Positions 59,899 through 64,000 of a stretch of DNA of 64,000 nt are shown piece by piece; within the stretch, counting starts at the first letter, position 1, and the number at the start of each line of letters is the position of its first letter. Both the position numbers and the translations under genes were made by a program. Below the pieces are notes generated by a model. That model was given only the letters and a program-made list of their open reading frames with translations. It was not told the DNA's origin and did not search any database. Source of the stretch: an uncultured bacterium (GTDB lineage: Bacteria > Gemmatimonadota > Gemmatimonadetes > Gemmatimonadales > Gemmatimonadaceae); the NCBI GenBank assembly GCA_963978095.1, contig CAXBQP010000005.1, positions 1-64,000 on the forward strand, in the 5' to 3' direction.

Positions 59899-62742
59899 AT
59901 GTCGTGTCGTCGTACCGTGTGGGTTCTGGTGGGTCTCGCAGCGCTGAGTTTCGCCACCGCGAGCAGTGCGACGCTACGCGCGCAGGATCTTGCCGCCCCA
60001 CTCCCGCTCGACACGGCCGTGCATCGCGGCAGGCTGTCCAACGGCGTGCAGTTCGTGATCCGACGCAACGGACGCCCCGAGAAGCGGGCGGAGTTTCGAC
60101 TCGTGGTCAACGCCGGCTCCGTGCAGGAGACCGACGTGCAGCGCGGGATCGCCCACTTCGTGGAGCACATGGCCTTCAACGGGACACGCCGATTCCCGAA
60201 GGCGGCGATCGTGAACTTCCTCGAGCGCGCCGGCATGGCGTTCGGCGCCGATGTCAACGCCGCGACGTCGTTCGACGAAACGGTGTATCAGTTGCAGATC
60301 CCGACCGACAGCGCGCATCTCGTCGCGACCGCTCTCGACATCCTCGAAGACTGGGCGCAGGGCGTGGCGTTCGCACCAGCCGAGATCGCCAAGGAGCGCG
60401 GCGTCGTTCTCGAGGAGTGGCGCACGGGACGCGACGCCAGCACTCGGGTGCAGAATCGTCAGTTCCCGGTGATGCTGCGGGGGTCACGCTATGCGGAGCG
60501 CCTGCCGATCGGAACACCGGAGAATCTCGCGGCCTTCCCCGACTCGCTTCCGGCAGCGTTCTATCGGGACTGGTACCGCCCGGATCTCATGACGGTCGTC
60601 GCGGTGGGCGATTTCGACCCTGCGCAGATGGAAGGGGAGATTCGTACCCGCTTTGCCGGCCTCACGATGCCGGCGCATCCCGTGGCGCGCATCTCGCCCC
60701 CGGTGCCGGACCACGAGGACACCTTGATCTCGATCGAAACGGACCCGGAGTATCCGGCCTCCAGCATCGGGTTGCTCTGGCTGTATCCCCCGGACCGCTC
60801 ACAGCGCATCGGGGATCGTCGTCGCGCCCTCGTGACCGCCTTCTTCGACGGCATGCTCAACGCCCGGCTCGGCGAGATGGCACAGCGCCCGGATGCGCCC
60901 TTCGCGTTTGCGTCCGCCGGCCGCGGAGCCTTCGTGCGCACACGGGACGGGTTCGAACTGGACGCGAGCGTGAAGGACACGGGCTTCGTCCGCGCGGGCT
61001 TGGCAATGCTCGGGGAGGTCGAGCGAGTCGCCCGGTTCGGATTCACGGCGACCGAACTCGAACGCCACCGCACGAACTATCGCCGCGCGCTGGAACAACG
61101 GTTCGTCGAGCGGGACAAGTTGCCGTCGGCGGGCCTCGCCGACAGCTACGCGACCGCCGCAGCCACAGGAACGCCGATTGTCGGCATCGAGAACGAGTCG
61201 CGTCTGGGCGAGCAGTTGCTGGCCACGATCACGCTCGACGAGATCAATGCCGTGGCGCGTCAATCACTCGGGGCCGGCAACCGCGTGGTGCTCGTGGCCG
61301 CCCCTGATCGACCGGACATCACGCTCCCCGACCGCGCGTCGCTGCTGCGCCTGTTCGACCGCGCCAAGGAGACGACACTCACGGCCTACGTCGACTCGAC
61401 CAGCGATGCCGCATTGGTGCCCTCGGCACCGCCTGCCGGGCGCATCACGGCCGAACGCACCTTGCCGGAGACGGGGATCATCGAGTGGACGCTGTCCAAC
61501 GGCGCGCGCGTGCTGCTGAAACCCACGGATTTCAAGGCCGACGAAGTCCTGTTCGCGGCGCGCAGTCCCGGCGGAATCTCGCTGCTTCCGGATGCCGATG
61601 TCTCCACGGCGACGCTCAGCGACTACGTGCTCGCCGCGGGAGGACTCGGCACCTTCAACGCGATCGCGCTGGGCAAGAAGCTGACGGGCATCCGCGCATG
61701 GACGGAGGCATCGCTCGGCGAGTTTTCGGAGCAACTGTCCGGGACTGCCTCGTCCCGGGATCTGGCCACCATGCTGCAGCTGGCATGGCTTCGATTCACC
61801 GCGCCACGCGTGGATGCACCGGCGTGGGACGCCTTCAAGAATCAGGTGCGCACCGGACTCGAGACGCAGAAGAACTCACCGGAGGCCGTGTTCGCCGACA
61901 CCATGCAGCTCACGCTGGCACAGCATCATCCGCGGGTACGCCTCGTGACGCCCGCGATGCTGGACGAGATCCAGTTGCCTCGCGTGCTGGAGATCACCCG
62001 CGCGCGATTCGCCGATGCCGCCGGCTTCACCTTTTATCTTGTCGGCAGCTTCTCCCCCGAGACCGTGCGTCCGCTCGTCGAACAGTGGCTCGCGTCGCTG
62101 CCGTCGACGCATGCCGCGGAGCGCGCGCGTGATGTCGGCATTCGGCCGCCGACCGGGGTCGTGGAGAAGACCGTGCGGATGGGGATCGAACCCAAAGCGC
62201 TCACCACTCTCGTGTTTCACGGGTCGTGCGCGTATTCCATGACCGCCCGATACGCGCTGTCGTCGTTGCGGGAACTCCTCGAGATCCGGCTGCGCGAGTC
62301 GCTCCGGGAGGACAAGGGCGGGACCTACGGCGTCTCCGTCAGCGCGTCGTGCGACCACATTCCGTTCGAGCGCTACGGACTGACCATCAGCTTCGGCTCC
62401 GCCCCCGAACGCGTCGAGGAGTTGACCAGCGCGCTCTGGCGGGTCGTTCAGGAGATCCAGTCCGGGGTCGTCAGCGATTCCAACGTGACCAAGATTCGCG
62501 AGATCCAACTCCGCGGACACGAGACCGGACTCCGACAGAACGGCAGCTGGCTGAGCGCCATGATGGATGCGGATGAGGACGGGCGCGACCAGCGCGACTT
62601 CCTGCGGTATCCGAATCTCGTGGGCTCGCTGAACGCTCCGATGCTGCGCGACGCGGCACGCGCCTATATTCGACGGGATTCCTACGCGCGATTCATTCTC
62701 CTCCCGGCAACCGCGGGAGCCCCACCGAAGCCCGAGCCCTGA
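59899..62742 (+). CDS. M16 family zinc protease (PqqL-like), exported
   Basis: Inverted zincin HFVEH, NAATSFDET, LSNG repeated in both halves, LREDKGGTY. Confidence 0.94.
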   Translation: MSCRRTVWVLVGLAALSFATASSATLRAQDLAAPLPLDTAVHRGRLSNGVQFVIRRNGRPEKRAEFRLVVNAGSVQETDVQRGIAHFVEHMAFNGTRRFPKAAIVNFLERAGMAFGADVNAATSFDETVYQLQIPTDSAHLVATALDILEDWAQGVAFAPAEIAKERGVVLEEWRTGRDASTRVQNRQFPVMLRGSRYAERLPIGTPENLAAFPDSLPAAFYRDWYRPDLMTVVAVGDFDPAQMEGEIRTRFAGLTMPAHPVARISPPVPDHEDTLISIETDPEYPASSIGLLWLYPPDRSQRIGDRRRALVTAFFDGMLNARLGEMAQRPDAPFAFASAGRGAFVRTRDGFELDASVKDTGFVRAGLAMLGEVERVARFGFTATELERHRTNYRRALEQRFVERDKLPSAGLADSYATAAATGTPIVGIENESRLGEQLLATITLDEINAVARQSLGAGNRVVLVAAPDRPDITLPDRASLLRLFDRAKETTLTAYVDSTSDAALVPSAPPAGRITAERTLPETGIIEWTLSNGARVLLKPTDFKADEVLFAARSPGGISLLPDADVSTATLSDYVLAAGGLGTFNAIALGKKLTGIRAWTEASLGEFSEQLSGTASSRDLATMLQLAWLRFTAPRVDAPAWDAFKNQVRTGLETQKNSPEAVFADTMQLTLAQHHPRVRLVTPAMLDEIQLPRVLEITRARFADAAGFTFYLVGSFSPETVRPLVEQWLASLPSTHAAERARDVGIRPPTGVVEKTVRMGIEPKALTTLVFHGSCAYSMTARYALSSLRELLEIRLRESLREDKGGTYGVSVSASCDHIPFERYGLTISFGSAPERVEELTSALWRVVQEIQSGVVSDSNVTKIREIQLRGHETGLRQNGSWLSAMMDADEDGRDQRDFLRYPNLVGSLNAPMLRDAARAYIRRDSYARFILLPATAGAPPKPEP

Positions 62743-62745
62743 GCG

Positions 62746-63078
62746 ATGCCGACGCCCGATGATTTCTTTGCCATCGATATCCGCGTCGGAACGGTGCTGC
62801 AGGCCGCACCGTTCCCCGAGGCACGGAAGCCGTCCATCAAGCTCGAGATCGACTTCGGACCGGAACTGGGCATCAAGCGATCCAGCGCACAGATCACCGT
62901 CCACTACACGCCGGAGCAGCTGGTAGGCCGTCAGGTGGTGGCGGTCGTCAATATCGGGGAGCGCCGGATCGCGGGGTATGTCAGCCAAGTGCTCTGTCTT
63001 GGGGCGATGCCGCTCTCCACCGAAGTCATTCTCCTCAACCCAGACCAGCCGGTCGCCAACGGCACACGGATAGGCTAA
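62746..63078 (+). CDS. csaA: tRNA-binding/secretion chaperone CsaA
   Basis: DIRVG, FPEARKP, SSAQIT, NGTRIG. Confidence 0.9.
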   Translation: MPTPDDFFAIDIRVGTVLQAAPFPEARKPSIKLEIDFGPELGIKRSSAQITVHYTPEQLVGRQVVAVVNIGERRIAGYVSQVLCLGAMPLSTEVILLNPDQPVANGTRIG

Positions 63079-63080
63079 CC

Positions 63081-63527
63081 ATGAAACATGATGCGCTGGG
63101 CAGCGTCGACGCGGTACGCGGCGACAACATCGTCACGATGACGTGGCACGGAGAGCGTCGGTTCGAAGCCGGCCGCTCCGGCGCGCCGACGATCCGGATG
63201 GATGGCGACGCCACCACTGCCCCAAGTCCGGTGGACACCCTCATCTCGGCGCTCGCGGGCTGCACGGCGGTCGATGTCGTGGACATCCTCAAGAAGCGCC
63301 GCACTGAGCCGACCGCCCTCGACATGGTCATCACCGCGCAACGCGCCGATGGCACGCCGCGGCGCCTCGTGAAGGTGCACCTCGCGTATCGCATCACCGG
63401 CGGCGGCGTGGAGCGGGACCACGCGCTGCGTGCGATCGAACTGGCGGTCACCAAGTACTGCTCCGTCCGGGATTCGCTCGACCCGGAACTGCCCGTGACC
63501 TGGAGCTTGGAACTCCTACCGGGATAG
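63081..63527 (+). CDS. OsmC/YhfA family protein
   Basis: PSPVD, AGCTAVDV, KYCSV. Confidence 0.9.
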   Translation: MKHDALGSVDAVRGDNIVTMTWHGERRFEAGRSGAPTIRMDGDATTAPSPVDTLISALAGCTAVDVVDILKKRRTEPTALDMVITAQRADGTPRRLVKVHLAYRITGGGVERDHALRAIELAVTKYCSVRDSLDPELPVTWSLELLPG

Positions 63528-64000
63528 CTCCCGCACGACGTGCCGGAGCTCGGGGATCAGCACGCGCGTGAGCGCGAGCTCGACCGCCGCCGTCGAGCCG
63601 GGCATCGACGCGATGAACGTTCGTCCCGCTGCGCCGGCCACCGCACGCGACAGAATCGCTGCGGTCCCCACCTGCTCCCGGAACGAGAGCAGGCGAAAGA
63701 TCTCCCCGAACCCGGGAAGCTCCTTGTCGAACAACGGCCGCACCGCCTCGATGGTGCGGTCGCGCTGTCCGAGACCGGTGCCGCCCGTGAGCAGGATCGC
63801 GTCGACGTCGCCGCGCCCAACCAGGGCGACGACATGTGCGCGCACCCGGTCCTCGTCGTTCGGCAGCAACGTGGCGTCGATCACGGCGTATCCGGTGGCC
63901 TCAAGCAGTTCGCGCATGCGTGCGCCCGACGTATCGGTGTCCGCGGTCCGCGAATCGGAGACGGTCACGATCGCGCAGCGCACCGTCGGACGACGGTCGC
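63516..64000 (-). CDS. moaB: Molybdenum cofactor biosynthesis protein MoaB/MogA (5' end probably outside the window)
   Basis: TVSDSR, DTSG, TGGTG, RDRTIEA, LPGFGE, SRA, MPGS. Confidence 0.88.
   Translation of the reverse strand, partial: DRRPTVRCAIVTVSDSRTADTDTSGARMRELLEATGYAVIDATLLPNDEDRVRAHVVALVGRGDVDAILLTGGTGLGQRDRTIEAVRPLFDKELPGFGEIFRLLSFREQVGTAAILSRAVAGAAGRTFIASMPGSTAAVELALTRVLIPELRHVVRELSR

Overview
GC-rich (visually about 68-70%), densely coded bacterial chromosome segment with about 55 genes. Gene content and style suggest Gemmatimonadota (inference, not verified). It is mostly core or metabolic: many exported peptidases (M20, S9B, M28, S9C, two M8, M16), lon, ispH, fahA, pfkA, nadE, PBP1A, a fused 2-oxoacid dehydrogenase E1, two helicases, two tandem Ser/Thr kinases and a GMC glycoside-oxidation cluster. 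I saw no rRNA, tRNA, CRISPR array, transposase or integrase. Best leads: (1) a CxxU SelW/Rdx selenoprotein missed by the ORF track, with an in-frame UGA, a SECIS-like hairpin and translational coupling to pfkA; (2) a candidate envelope redox module made of a 4-helix/4-His cytochrome-b561-like protein, three Tat-exported disulfide-less Rieske proteins (four Rieske domains) and a second 4-TM protein; (3) an HrpB-like DExH helicase whose motif Ia lies before Walker A; (4) a TetR-ECF sigma operon with two matching palindromic operators and no adjacent anti-sigma. All family assignments come from motif recognition by eye; no database searches were run.
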